DNA from: Mobula hypostoma
Taxonomy: Eukaryota
Reading direction: 5' to 3'
DNA length: 64,000 nucleotides
Assembly: GCF_963921235.1 (NCBI RefSeq)
Contig: NC_086097.1
Coordinates: 190,962,001-191,026,000 of the forward strand
How positions within the stretch are numbered: the stretch's first letter is position 1; each line of letters begins with the position of its first letter. The position numbers were made by a program, and so were the translations under genes. This document shows positions 12,731 to 23,960 of this stretch, in pieces. The notes beneath the pieces are model-generated. The model saw only the letters and a program-made list of their open reading frames with translations, did not search any database and was not told where the DNA came from.

Positions 12731-13454
12731 TGCAAGAAGTTTCCAGAAAATTACAGAAGCAACTGTAACCACAGGAAAACTCACTGTACATAGGTGATCA
12801 TATAAAAATACAAACAAGCATAAGAAACTGCTGGAAAAATAACAATGCTACACCCAATCTAGCACTCTCTACCATAAAGATGCATGCAACAATATCCCCT
12901 TAAGGAAGTGCTCACTGGCTGGGAGGAGGTAATTTGGAAATGGTACAGATACGGTTAAAGTAAAATCTTCCAAATTGTTTCATGCTATCACACACAATAA
13001 ATATCATGTTCTATTCTGTGTAGGCAGGATGCCAAAACATGAATCGCAAATACATTTAGCAGCGGAATATTAATGAAAGTTCTACATTTTACTGTTCTCA
13101 TGCTACTTGCTTTCATCTAACTTTACTGACCCTGTCAATTATAGCATCTTGCAGTTCTTTGTCTTAATTAACGCAAATGATCTGTATGCATAAAATAAGT
13201 TGAAACTGCAACGCCATGGGCCCTCGCAACTTATTTGAATGAGGCTGACAGATAATTCAGGGGTCTATGTTTTGATAGAAAGCTGATACTTGGACTTCCT
13301 GTCACATTTTTCAACAAGAGTGTCCAACTTCATCAAATCCTATCAATACTAGGAGTCAAACTCAAAATTGTTGTAGTGCTTTTCATGGCTTGAAAACACT
13401 TCAAAGTGTCTCACAATCAATGTAGTACTTTTGAAGTTCAATCATGATTACCAC

Positions 13455-14116
13455 ACTCCTGATCAGAAGATATTGAATCCTTGTGGGTTGAGTTAAGAAA
13501 CTGCAAGGGCGAAAGGACACTGATGGCATTTATATACAGGCATTGCAATAGAGGCTGGAAGGCAGACCACAAATTACAACAGGATATAGAAAAGGCGTGT
13601 CAAATGGGCAATATTATGGTAGTCATGGGAGATTTTAACATGCAGATCAATTGGGAAAATCAGACTGGTAATGGATCTCAAGAGAGTGAGTGTGTTGAAT
13701 ACCTAAGAGGAAGCTTTTTAGAGCAGTTTGTCGTTGAGCCTACTAGGAGATCAGCTATACTGGATTGGGTGTTATGTAATGAACCAGAGCCGATTAGGGA
13801 GCTTAAGGTAAAAGAACCCTCAGGAACCAATATATCACAATATACTTGAGTTTAACTTGAAATTTGATAGGGAGGAAGTAAAGTCTAATAAGCAGTATTT
13901 CAGTGGAGTAAGGGAAATTACAGTGGTATGAAAGGAGTTGGCCAAAGTAAATTGGAAGGAGTTGCTGGCAGAGATGTCAACAGAGCTGCAATGACATTAT
14001 TGCTCACTTTGTGGTTCTTTGTTGCTTTTTAAAGTCTTCTCAGTCTTCCGGTTTCCCACTGCTTTTGGCAACTTTGTATGCACAAGCTTTTAGCTTCGTG
14101 CCTCTTTTATTTCCAT
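13455..14116. mobile_element. CR1 ORF2 endonuclease fragment (+, 13455-13995) joined to an inverted downstream CR1 piece (-, 13996-14116)
   Basis: ORF 13481-13849 has WVELRN..YR..VVMGDFN..FLEQFVVEPTR..AILDWVLCN. The following segment reads as CR1 ORF2 only on the minus strand (KLKACAYKVAKSSGKPED.EDFKKQQ). Confidence 0.8.
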
Positions 14117-15101
14117 TTTAAATGAGAAACTCAACCATATTGTGATAACTCTTTCCAATAATAGTAATGTTATTAAGTACTAGGGCTAGGTAAAGTTAGT
14201 CATTGCCTGGCACTTTAATGGCATGGAGTTCACTTTAGTTAACAGCTCATTTTGTCTGGGCATGATTCATACAGGCATGGACAGTTTCATTTACTGAATG
14301 GAATTTGATGTTGTGCAATTATCATTTCTGGCATTATGATTTCCATGTTTTTCTAAGACACAGAAAGAGGTAGTTCAATCCCACTGATGCTACCCCTTCT
14401 CTCAGAGCAATTTTGATCATACTTCTGGTACTTTTTTTATGTGCTTCTCTTCAATCCAGAGTTGATCTCTTGGCATGATCATAATGACAGAGAGAAGTTA
14501 ATACATGACCCTGAGCTTACACATACATTATGGTTGTGTACTTCTCTGCTACTCCTATTAGTTTACAGTGCCTCACAAATGCTCATTACTGATCTGCTTG
14601 GTCAGTTCTGAGTCTAACACATTTAAAGTGGTTGTAGTACCACACAGCAGAATAAAGGAAATAAGACATTTTTCCTCCAGAAAAACTGTGCAGTGGTCAT
14701 TGCTACCAACCATGAAAGCTGTTCCTTAAAAGATGTCAAGCACTATTCTCAGTAACTGTTGATCATTCCCTCTACCACTAAATACTGGTAATCCTTGCAT
14801 CTGTTCTTTGAATGCTTTTTACAAGACTGAAATTACAGTATGTCCTCTTCTTCCTATAATGTGTTGCACATGAAAGTACTGTTAGTTGCTTGCTTTTTTT
14901 ATCCCATTATCTCAGAAAGCTGAGATTTCACTTTTTGTCTATTCCAGTTCAGCTAACAGCACTTTAGAAAGAAGAATCGACTGGTACTAATCAGAATCAG
15001 ATTTAATATCATTGACATGTCGTAATTATTTTTTGTTTTGCTGCAGCAGTACGTTGCTATATCTAACAATAAATACCTTAAAAAAACTAGGATAAATACA
15101 T

Positions 15102-16905
15102 ACATCATCATCATCAGGTGCCATGCCCAGTTTGAACTTTGACTGCCATGGCCCACACACTCCTGTTTCGGGTCAAGTGGATCAATTCATTGGTATTCAT
15201 TTCCAGTTCTCTGGCTGCTGTTTCCATTATCATTTGTCTTTGTCTTCCTCTTGTTTTCTTCTCTTCAATCTTTCTCATAATTACCGTGCATTCTAACTCC
15301 TCTTTCCTAATCACATATCCAATGAAGTTACGTTGCTTTTCATGATCTCATACATTATTTCTCTTTTTGAGTTTGCTCTATTCATGACATCCTCATTAGA
15401 TATTCATTTTGTCCATGGTAATTCTTTGCATCCTCCTCAAAAACCACATCTCTGCTGCTACAATTCGTTTCTTCATGTTACTAGATATTGTCCAACATTC
15501 TGAGCCATAAAACATAACTGGATAAATGTAACATTTCAGTACTCTGAGGCGGGTTGTCATGCCTAGTTTAGTATTGGTCAGTATACTCTTCATTCTCGTA
15601 AAGGTGTCTTTTGCCATCCCTATTCTTCTTTTGATGTCCAAGTCGCACCTGCCATCTGATGTCACCCAGCTTCCTAAGTAGCAAAAGTTCTTTACTTGTT
15701 TTACGTCTTCCCCATTTATTCTCAGCCTGCAGATAGGATCTTCCTTCTTTTTGGATATCACCATGCATTGTCTTTTTGCAATTGATAGATAGACCCATTT
15801 TTGCACTTTCTTCAACAATTATATCAATTAAGTTTTGTAGTTCTTCCTCCATATTTGCAATTAACACAGTGTCATCTGCATATCTGAAATTATTGATGTT
15901 TTCACCGCCACCTTTGATTCCCAAGATGTCTCTTATTTTTTGTAATATTGTTTCACTGTTCACATTAAGTAAATCGGGGAGAAAACACACCCTTGTCTAC
16001 GCCTCTTGATTTTCGTAAACTGACTCACTTCTCCATCTATTCTTACAGCAGCAGTTTGTTCCCAGTACAGATTTCTGATTAGGCGGAGGTCTTTCAATAC
16101 TCTAGATCTAGAGTATTCTATAATATTTCAAATAACTTACTGTGCTTCAGTTTATCAAATGCTTTTGTGTGGTCGATCAAACAAACAAGGAAATCTTTTT
16201 GGACTTGAATAGTTCATTCTGACGGTATCCTTAACATCAATATTGCTTTACTTGTACCTTTGTCTTTCACAAAACCACATTGTTCTTTGCCTATTTCAGC
16301 TTGTACCTTACTTTTTAGCTCTTGTCATCAAACTTCTTAGAAGTATCTTGGTGATATAACTCATTAAACTTATGGTCCTATGTAATTCACATTCTATTGC
16401 TCCAGATTTCTCAGGAAGATTGATAAATACTGATTTTTTCATATCTTCTGGTATTATTCCAGTCTGATAAATGTCATTGATTAAATCATTAAGTTTTTCA
16501 ATTCCATAATCTTCCAGGACAATAATTTGTTCTATTACTAATTCATCAGGACCTGCTGCCTCTCCTTTCTTCATCTTATTTATTGCATTAAGAACTTCAG
16601 ATTTTAAAATACTTGGACCATCAATGTTTTTCTTAATTCCTGATTATTCGCCTTGATTGTCTTCAAACAATTCCTGAATATACTATCCATCTGTTCATAA
16701 TCTCATCTTTTTCCATGATAATGGTACCATCCTTAGCTTTCAAACATCCACCTGAAGAACAGAGGAGCTTTTTACTAGTGATATTCTTGATTTGTTGATG
16801 TAACCTTTTTGGATCAGTAATAGGGATTCTTTCTATTTGCTTAGATTCCTGGTTTAACCATTCTTCTTTGGCTTTTTGACATAAGCTTTTAACTTTTTTA
16901 TCCAA
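15102..16905 (-). mobile_element. RTE-clade LINE, 5'-truncated and frameshifted
   Basis: ORFs 16663-16905, 16308-16574 (AAGPDEL..HRTISLMS), 15568-15990 (NNFRYADDTVL), 15396-15818 (FCYLGSWVT..FYGSECWT) and 15114-15314 (GRQR). A (TGA)n tail lies at ~15102-15115. Confidence 0.92.
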
Positions 16906-16906
16906 G

Positions 16907-17360
16907 TGTCATGGTCTGGTCTGTGAAGTCCGTATTCCGGTTCACGGTCCGGTCCATTGACCCTTGCTCCAGCTTTTCCTGTCTACCCTGTTTCTGTTCT
17001 TGTTGAGCTCTAATTGAGCCAGCTGATGCTCATTGGGGCTGGCTGCATAAATACCTTCAGAGACTAGGGTGTGGCTGCTGGATTGTTCTTGTCCTTATTC
17101 CTTGTATCCCTTCCTCTGCCTTCTGTTTCCTTGCCTGAAGCCCTGCCTTGTCTTGCCGGTAACTCGCCTCGCCTGAAATTCTTATCTCACTTTGCATTGC
17201 CTGAAGCCTTGCCTTGTCTTGCTGGTAACTCTCGCCTCATCTTGCCTACAGTCTCGTCCTGGAGCCACCCCGTACCTAGCTCCCTTCCTGCCCCTTGCCT
17301 CTGTCGGGTAAGCCAGGCCATCTTGCCGTTACCTGTGGTTGGTTCTGTCCCTTCCTGTCC
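16907..17360 (+). mobile_element. LTR fragment (5' end), related to the solo LTR at 40641-41967
   Basis: It starts TGTCATGGTC and matches the reverse complement of 41967 leftward (gaagtccg.attccggttcacggtcc; gatgctcat..ggggctgg; ctgtcccttcctgtcc). Confidence 0.75.
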
Positions 17361-17737
17361 CATTGAAGCAACATCTCAAGACATCAGCCAGGTTGCAAAT
17401 GGGTCTTTCAAATGGACAATGACCCCAAGCATACCTCCAAAGATGTGACAAAATTGCTTAAGGATAATAAGTCAAGGTATTGGAGTGGCCATCACAAAGC
17501 CCTGACCTCAATCCGATAGAAAATTTGTGGCAGGAACTGAAAAAGCATGTGCTAGCAAGGAGGCCTACAAACCTGACTCAGCTACACCAGTTGTCTGGAG
17601 GAATGGAACAAAATTCCAGTAACTTGCTGTGAGAGCTTGTAGAAGGCTACCCAAAAGGTTGACTCAAGTTAAACAATTCAAAGGCAGTGCTACCAAATAC
17701 TACCAAAGTGCCTGTAAACTTCTGACCCACTGGGAAA

Positions 17738-18865
17738 GTGATGAAAGAAGTAAAAGTGGATGTGGTATATTTGGATTTTCAAAAGGCTTTTGACAAGGTC
17801 CCACATAGGAGATTAGTGTGCAAACTTAAAGCACATGGTATTGGGGGTAAGGTATTGGTGTGGGTGGAGAATTGGTTAGCAGACAGGAAGCAAAGAGTGG
17901 GAATAAACGGGACCTTTTCAGAATGGCAGGCGGTGACTAGTGGGGTACCGCAAGGCTCAGTGCTGGGACCCCAGTTGTTTACAATATATATTAATGACTT
18001 GGATGAGGGAATTAAATGCAGCATCTCCAAGTTTGCGGATGACACGAAGCTGGGTGGCAGTGTTAGCAGTGAGGAGGATGCTAAGAGGATGCAGGGTGAC
18101 TTGGATAGGTTGGGTGAGTGGGCAAACTCATGGCAGATGCAATTTAATGTGGATAAATGTGAAGTTATCCACTTTGGTGGCAAAAATAGGAAAACAGATT
18201 ATTATCTGAATGGTGGCCGATTAGGAAAAGGGGAGGTGCAACGAGACCTGGGTGTCATTATACACCAGTCATTGAAAGTGGGCATGCAGGTACAGCAGGC
18301 GGTGAAAAAGGCGAACGGTATGCTGGCATTTATAGCGAGAGGATTCGAGTACAGGAGCAGGGAGGTACTACTGCAGTTGTACAAGGCCTTGGTGAGACCA
18401 CACCTGGAGTATTGTGTGCAGTTTTGGTCCCCTAATCTGAGGAAAGACATCTTTGCCATAGAGGGAGTACAAAGAAGGTTCACCAGATTGATTCCTGGGA
18501 TGGCAGGTCTTTCATATGAAGAAAGACTGGATGAACTGGGCTTGTACTCGTTGGAATTTAGAAGATTGAGGGGGGATCTGATTGAAACGTATAAGATCCT
18601 AAAGGGATTGGACAGGCTAGATGCAGGAAGATTGTTCCCGATGTTGGGGAGGTCTAGAACGAGGGGTCACAGTTTGAGGATAGAGGGGAAGCCTTTTAGG
18701 ACCGAGGTTAGGAAAAACTTCTTCACACAGAGAGTGGTGAATCTGTGGAATTCTCTGCCACAGCAAACTGTTGAGGCCAGTTCATTAGCTATGTTTAAAA
18801 GGAAGTTAGATATGGCCCTTGTGGCTACAGGGGTCAGGGGGTATGGAGGGAAGGCTGGGTTCTGA
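17738..18865 (+). CDS. CR1 ORF2 reverse transcriptase C-terminal part (partial; the first codons come from the flanking Tc1)
   Basis: 375-aa ORF: VDVVYLDFQKAFDKVPH, GVPQGSVLGPQLF, KFADDTKL, LVRPHLEYCVQFWSP. Confidence 0.85.
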   Translation: MMKEVKVDVVYLDFQKAFDKVPHRRLVCKLKAHGIGGKVLVWVENWLADRKQRVGINGTFSEWQAVTSGVPQGSVLGPQLFTIYINDLDEGIKCSISKFADDTKLGGSVSSEEDAKRMQGDLDRLGEWANSWQMQFNVDKCEVIHFGGKNRKTDYYLNGGRLGKGEVQRDLGVIIHQSLKVGMQVQQAVKKANGMLAFIARGFEYRSREVLLQLYKALVRPHLEYCVQFWSPNLRKDIFAIEGVQRRFTRLIPGMAGLSYEERLDELGLYSLEFRRLRGDLIETYKILKGLDRLDAGRLFPMLGRSRTRGHSLRIEGKPFRTEVRKNFFTQRVVNLWNSLPQQTVEASSLAMFKRKLDMALVATGVRGYGGKAGF

Positions 18866-18960
18866 GTTGGATGATCAGCCATGATCATAATAAATGGCGG
18901 TGCAGGCTCGAAGGGCCGAATGGCCTACTCCTGCACCTATTTTCTATGTTTCTATGTTTC
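17756..18960 (+). mobile_element. Young 5'-truncated CR1/HER1 LINE
   Basis: Uninterrupted RT C-terminal reading frame, a 3' UTR (ggctcgaagggccgaatggcctactcctgcacc) and a (tttctatg)n tail. Confidence 0.95.
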
Positions 18961-20431
18961 TATTATTCTGACATTTCACATTCTTAGAATAAAGTAGTGA
19001 TCCTAACTGACCTAAGACAGGGAATGTTTTCAAGGATTAAATGTCAGGAATTGTGAAAAACTGAGTTTAAATATATTGGCTAAGGTGTATGTAAACTTCC
19101 GATTTCAACTGTATATCCCTGATGTTGGGGTAAGGGTCAGAAACACTACATTAGATTGCTTCTGGAAGTGTCCACTCCAAATTTCTCACTAGTATTTTAC
19201 CTAGAAATGGTCAATGATGCCATCTTTCTGAGTCAGATCAGTGGATCAATGGAATAAGCACACAATATCCATGCTTCCAGTTGAAGTTTCAAAGAAGGCT
19301 AAAAGATATATTACATATAACTCTTGGAATGAAGATATAAGCAAAGAGGCCAAGAGCTCAAAGATTTCATTTGATTTTTCTAATGAGAGCAAACGATGAT
19401 GATTCAACTTGGTTAAAGCATTCAAAATATTACTTATGCAACAATAAGTAAAATGATATATAATTATCCTAGTTAAATATTTGATGATGTTAATATCTCT
19501 TAATAGTTTAGATTTCAGTATTTAAATAGATTTTGACAAAATAGGTTGATTTTACTTTCCTTTATTCTCTTGATGGCCTGACCCAGATAAGATTTATATC
19601 AATTCAAACCCATTCTCCTATTCCTGGATAATTCAACATCTAACATTATTGACAACACAAGGCTTATTTTAACCCATTCTGCCAGTTTATAATTGTACTC
19701 TCATCTGTCATCTCTATTTTTAACAACCCCTTTGTTTAAGCAGAATATTTCTTTGTTTGGTCGCAGAAGACAGACAGGAGCTTCATCCGCGACCATCTTA
19801 TTCCCCTTATGAGACATACAACCTATTAAATCCTGCAATTGTGCAGAGCTAAAACTATGCCCAGTCCTCATTCATGGATTTATGTATAAAATTTGACAGC
19901 TTGAAATATTTCAATTAAATTCCTGTTTGAAATATCTCTGAACAAACAGACTTTCCCTTATAATAAAATGTGCATTCATTGTCTACTGACACATTGCTTG
20001 AACCCATCAAGCTCTGAGCTGTGAGTTTCATCACATCATTCATTCTATTGATTGATAAGTTTTGATGAGCCATAGGATGTAATAGTTTCAAACTGCAAGC
20101 ATCCTTCATAACATAAGAGTTCAAAGCTGCTTTGGTGGCAAAACTAATTAAGTACGCATTCCAAGTTGATTTACCTATTCTGTTTTCTTTTCAAGTTCAA
20201 TGATTTATGATAGTTTAGTTATATTACTTATCCAAATCATGAGAAATAAAACAGTGATCTTAAATGGAATAGTTTATGAATATCTGAGTAGTTCTCCAGT
20301 GATATTTTTTGAAGTTAATCCAGGAGACAGCATGTCTGTACAGTGATGCAGTAGGTAGACAAAGTTGCATGAAATATTGTCCCAAATTTTGGATGATATG
20401 AAGTTACGAAGAAAATAAACATTCTGGTATT

Positions 20432-20870
20432 ATTGGTTGATTATTGTCACATGTAACAAGATACAGTGAAAAGCTTGTCTTGCATATTGGTTATACAGAT
20501 CAAATCATTGCACATTGCATTGAGTAAGAATAAATTAAATCAATAACAATGAGGAAGGAATTGCAAAAACTACCAAGATGCAATGCAGGTAAATAATCAA
20601 GAACACGATCATAAAGGGGTAGATTGTAAGGCTAAGAGTCCTCTTATTGTACAATAGTCTGTTAACAGTGGGGTTGAAATTGTCTTTGAGCCAGGTGGTA
20701 CATGCTATAGGCCTTTGTAGATTCTGGCCAGTTGAAGAGGTTAGAAGAGAGAAAGGCCAGTGTGAGTGGGGTTGTTGATTATGCTGCCTGCTTTACTGAG
20801 GCAGCAAAAAGTATAGGCAGAGCCCATAGAAGAGAGGCAGGTTCTTGTGATGTACTAAGCTGTGTTATTC
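20432..20870 (-). mobile_element. Degenerate Rex/Babar-like LINE 3' end
   Basis: ttattgtcacatgtaacaagatacagtgaaaagcttgtcttgcat resembles the reverse-complemented 3' UTR of this LINE group. Confidence 0.55.
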
Positions 20871-21700
20871 AACTCAGTAGGTTAGTGAAGAACACAAATG
20901 CCATGTTTGCCTTCAATTGTCAGGGCACAATTTATAAGAGCTTGGTTGTTAAGTCGTGACTTTGCAAAAATACTGATTAGGCTGCATTTGAAGTTTTGCA
21001 TGCAGTTCTGGTTACCACATCAAAAGGAGGATGAGATTGTGCTGCAGATAAGAAAGAGGAGATTCACTAGGATGTCACCTGGATTAAAGAAATTAGGCAT
21101 TGGTGGGAATAATGGATAGATTAGGCTTGTTTTCCTTGAAGCAAAGGAGGCTGATGGGTGAATTTATAAAAGTATGTAACATTGGGAATATAGATAGGGT
21201 CAATGGTCAAAATCTTTTTCTTATGTCAGGGTATTAAAATCACCAGTGAAAGAAAGTACCTTTAAAGGGATGTGACAGTTAAGTCTTTTTCTTTACATAG
21301 AGCATGATTGATATTTGGAGAACACTGCCCGAGAAAGTGATGGAATTAGAAACAATAATTTTATTTAGTAAACATTTAGGCAGTCATCTAGATAGGCAAG
21401 GCATGGTAAGACATGCTTACTATGAACAAATGCTTCTCCATTTTGAAAGGCTGTGAGCCATTAATTCCCGAGTTAATTAGGGTGTAAGATAATTCATTTC
21501 AAGATAATTACTTGAACTGTTTCCTGTTAACTTGGCAATATCTTTCCACAGCAGAGTTGAATTGGAGGCAGTACAAAGAAAATGTATATAAGGTTTCTTC
21601 TTGGCTGAAGGACTGTCATAAGAAGAAAGATTGAGCAGACCAGGTTTATGCTCATTGGAGTTTAGAAGAATGAGAGGTGATCTTTTAAGCATATTAACTG
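20870..21700 (+). mobile_element. Old CR1 RT C-terminal fragments
   Basis: LIRLHLKFCMQFWLPH..RRFTRMSPGL; a second piece at ~21600-21690 (gactgtcataagaagaaagattg..ttggagtttagaagaatgagagg). Confidence 0.7.
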
Positions 21701-21814
21701 AGGATGATTGATTAGTGTGAATTTACTCTGAAATTGTTTGCACTAAAAATGGTATCTAGAAATTAGTGGCATAGTTTCAGTATAAAGTGCCATCATATCA
21801 GGTTCAATCTCTCA

Positions 21815-23166
21815 GTGGTGTCATTTTTAATCTCTCCTTCTCCCAGTGTAGACTGCCCTCCTACTTCAAATTATCTACCATTGTCCCTGTATCAAAAACA
21901 ACCAAGGTAACATGCCTGAACGACAAGCCTGTCACACTGACCTCAATAAGAAGCAAAAGCTTTGAAAGGCTGGTCAAAGATTACATTTGCAGCTTGCTAC
22001 CACCGAAACTGGACCCTTACAATTCACCTACCGATACAACTGATCAACAGATGATGCAATAGCCACAGCTCTACATACTGTCCTTGCACATCTGGAGAAG
22101 AATGATGCTTATGTGAAAATGCTGTTCTTGGACTACAGTTCAACATGCAACACCATAGTTCCATGAAGTCTTGACAAGAAGCTCAGAGATCTCGGCCTTG
22201 ATCCTACCTTGTGCAGCTGGATCCTGGACTTCCTGTCAGATCGCCAGCAGGTTGTAAGAGTGGGCTCCCTCACCTCCAACCCTCTGACTCTCAATACAGG
22301 AGCCCCTCAGGGCTGCGTACTGAGTCCTCTCCTTTACTCCCTGTATACCCATGACTGTGTCACCACCCACAGCTCCAATCTGCTAATTAAATTTGCCAAC
22401 GACACTACATTGCTTGACTTTATCTCAAACAATAACGAGGTGGCCGACAGGGAAGTCGTCAGCTCTCTGACACAGTGGTGTCAAGAAAACAACCTCTCCC
22501 TCAATGTTGCAAAAACAAAGGAGCTGGTTGTGGACAACAGGAGGAATGGTGACGGGCTAACCCCTAGTGACATCAATGGATCTGGGGTTGAGAGGGACCT
22601 CACATGGTCTGTACATACCAGCTGTGTGGTGAAAAAGTCACAACAGTGCCTCTTTCACCTTAGACAGTTGAGGAAGTTTGTTATGGGCCCCCAGATCCTA
22701 AGAACCTTCTACAGGGACACAATTGAGAGCATCGTTACATGCTGCATCATTGCCTGGTATGGGAACTGCACCTCCCTTAATCGCAGGACTCGGCAGGAGT
22801 GGTGCAGACAGCCCAGCGCAACGGTAGTTGTGAACTTCCCATGATTCAGGACATTTACAAGAGCGTGTGTGTTAAGAAGGCCCGTAGGATCATTGGGGAC
22901 CCGAGTCATCCCAACCACAATTTAATCCAGCTGCTACCATCTGGAAAGTGGTACCACAGCATTAAAGCCAGGACCAACAGGCTCCAGGGAAGCTTCTTCC
23001 ACCAGGCCATCAGACTGATGTACTCATGCTGACTTGAGTGTACTCTAAATTACATTGACTGTTCTATTTGTTATAAACTATCATAAATCACTATGATTGC
23101 ACATTTAGATGGAGATTTAACATAAAGATTTTTACTTCTCGTGTATGTAAAGGATATAGGAAATAA
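21815..23166 (+). mobile_element. Rex1/Babar LINE 3' part (tail resumes at 26039-26078 after nested insertions)
   Basis: ORFs 21787-22062, 22209-22844 (GAPQGCVLSPLLYSLYTHDC..KFANDT..QQCLFHLRQLRKF..AWYGNC) and 22799-23032 (DPSHP..LLPSG..SFFHQAIRL). The displaced tail is aataaagtcaactcaattcaatc. Confidence 0.9.
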
Positions 23167-23240
23167 CAATAATAATGGCTCTGTCTGTCTAAGTAGACAA
23201 TTGATGCAGCCTTTCAGGACGCAGACCTGGGCGATGAATA

Positions 23241-23890
23241 TAGAAACATAGAAAATAGGTGCAGGAGTAGGCCGTTCGGCCCTTCGAGCCTGCACCGCCA
23301 TTTATTATGATCATGGCTGATCATCCAACTCAGAACCCCGCCCCAGCATTCCCTCCATGCCCCCTGACCCCCGTAGCCACAAGGGCCATATCTAACTCCC
23401 TCTTAAATATAGCCAATGAACTGGCCTCAACAGTTTGCTGTGGCAGAGAATTCCACAGATTCACCACTCTCTGTGTGAAGTAGTTTTTCCTAATCTCGGT
23501 CCTAAAAGGCTTCCCCTCTATCCTCAAACTGTGACCCCTCGTTCTGGACTTCCCCAACATCGGGAACAATCTTCCTGCATCTAGCCTGTCCAATCCCTTT
23601 AGGATCTTATACGTTTCAATCAGATCCCCCCTCAATCTTCTAAATTCCAACGAGTACAAGCCCAGTTCATCCAGTCTTTCTTCATATGAAAGTCCTGCCA
23701 TCCCAGGAATCAATCTGGTGAACCTTCTTTGTACTCCCTCTATGGCAAAGATATCTTTCCTCAGATTAGGGGACCAAAACTGCACACAATACTCCAGGTG
23801 TGGTCTCACCAAGGCCTTGTACAACTGCAGTAGTACCTCCCTGCTCCTGTACTCGAATCCTCTCGCTATAAATGCCAGCATACCATTCGC
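23241..23890 (-). mobile_element. Young CR1 3' fragment, nearly identical to 18312-18960
   Basis: ORF 23330-23881 (183 aa) is almost identical to the C-terminus of ORF 17738-18865, with the same 3' UTR and tail. Confidence 0.95.
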
Positions 23891-23960
23891 AGAATATGGA
23901 GAATATGGAGATCCTGGGCAGCCCAGACATCAAGATCCCCCTCTCGGTCTTGCGGATGTA

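Larger units (their letters stand above)
17362..19111 (+). mobile_element. Sleeping Beauty-like (IR/DR) Tc1 transposon 3' part: transposase C-terminus and right IR/DR, split by a CR1
   Basis: 17362-17700 translates, with frameshifts, to [71 protein letters not shown]. The inner DR tgtaaacttctgacccactg is at ~17714. The outer end ggctaaggtgtatgtaaacttccgatttcaactg is followed by TA at 19112-19113. Confidence 0.92.

Noticed and set aside
17779..18483. Antisense ORFs over CR1 copies (also 23718-23981, 24654-24992, 25327-25719)
   Set aside because: These are shadow frames of the RT coding sequence.
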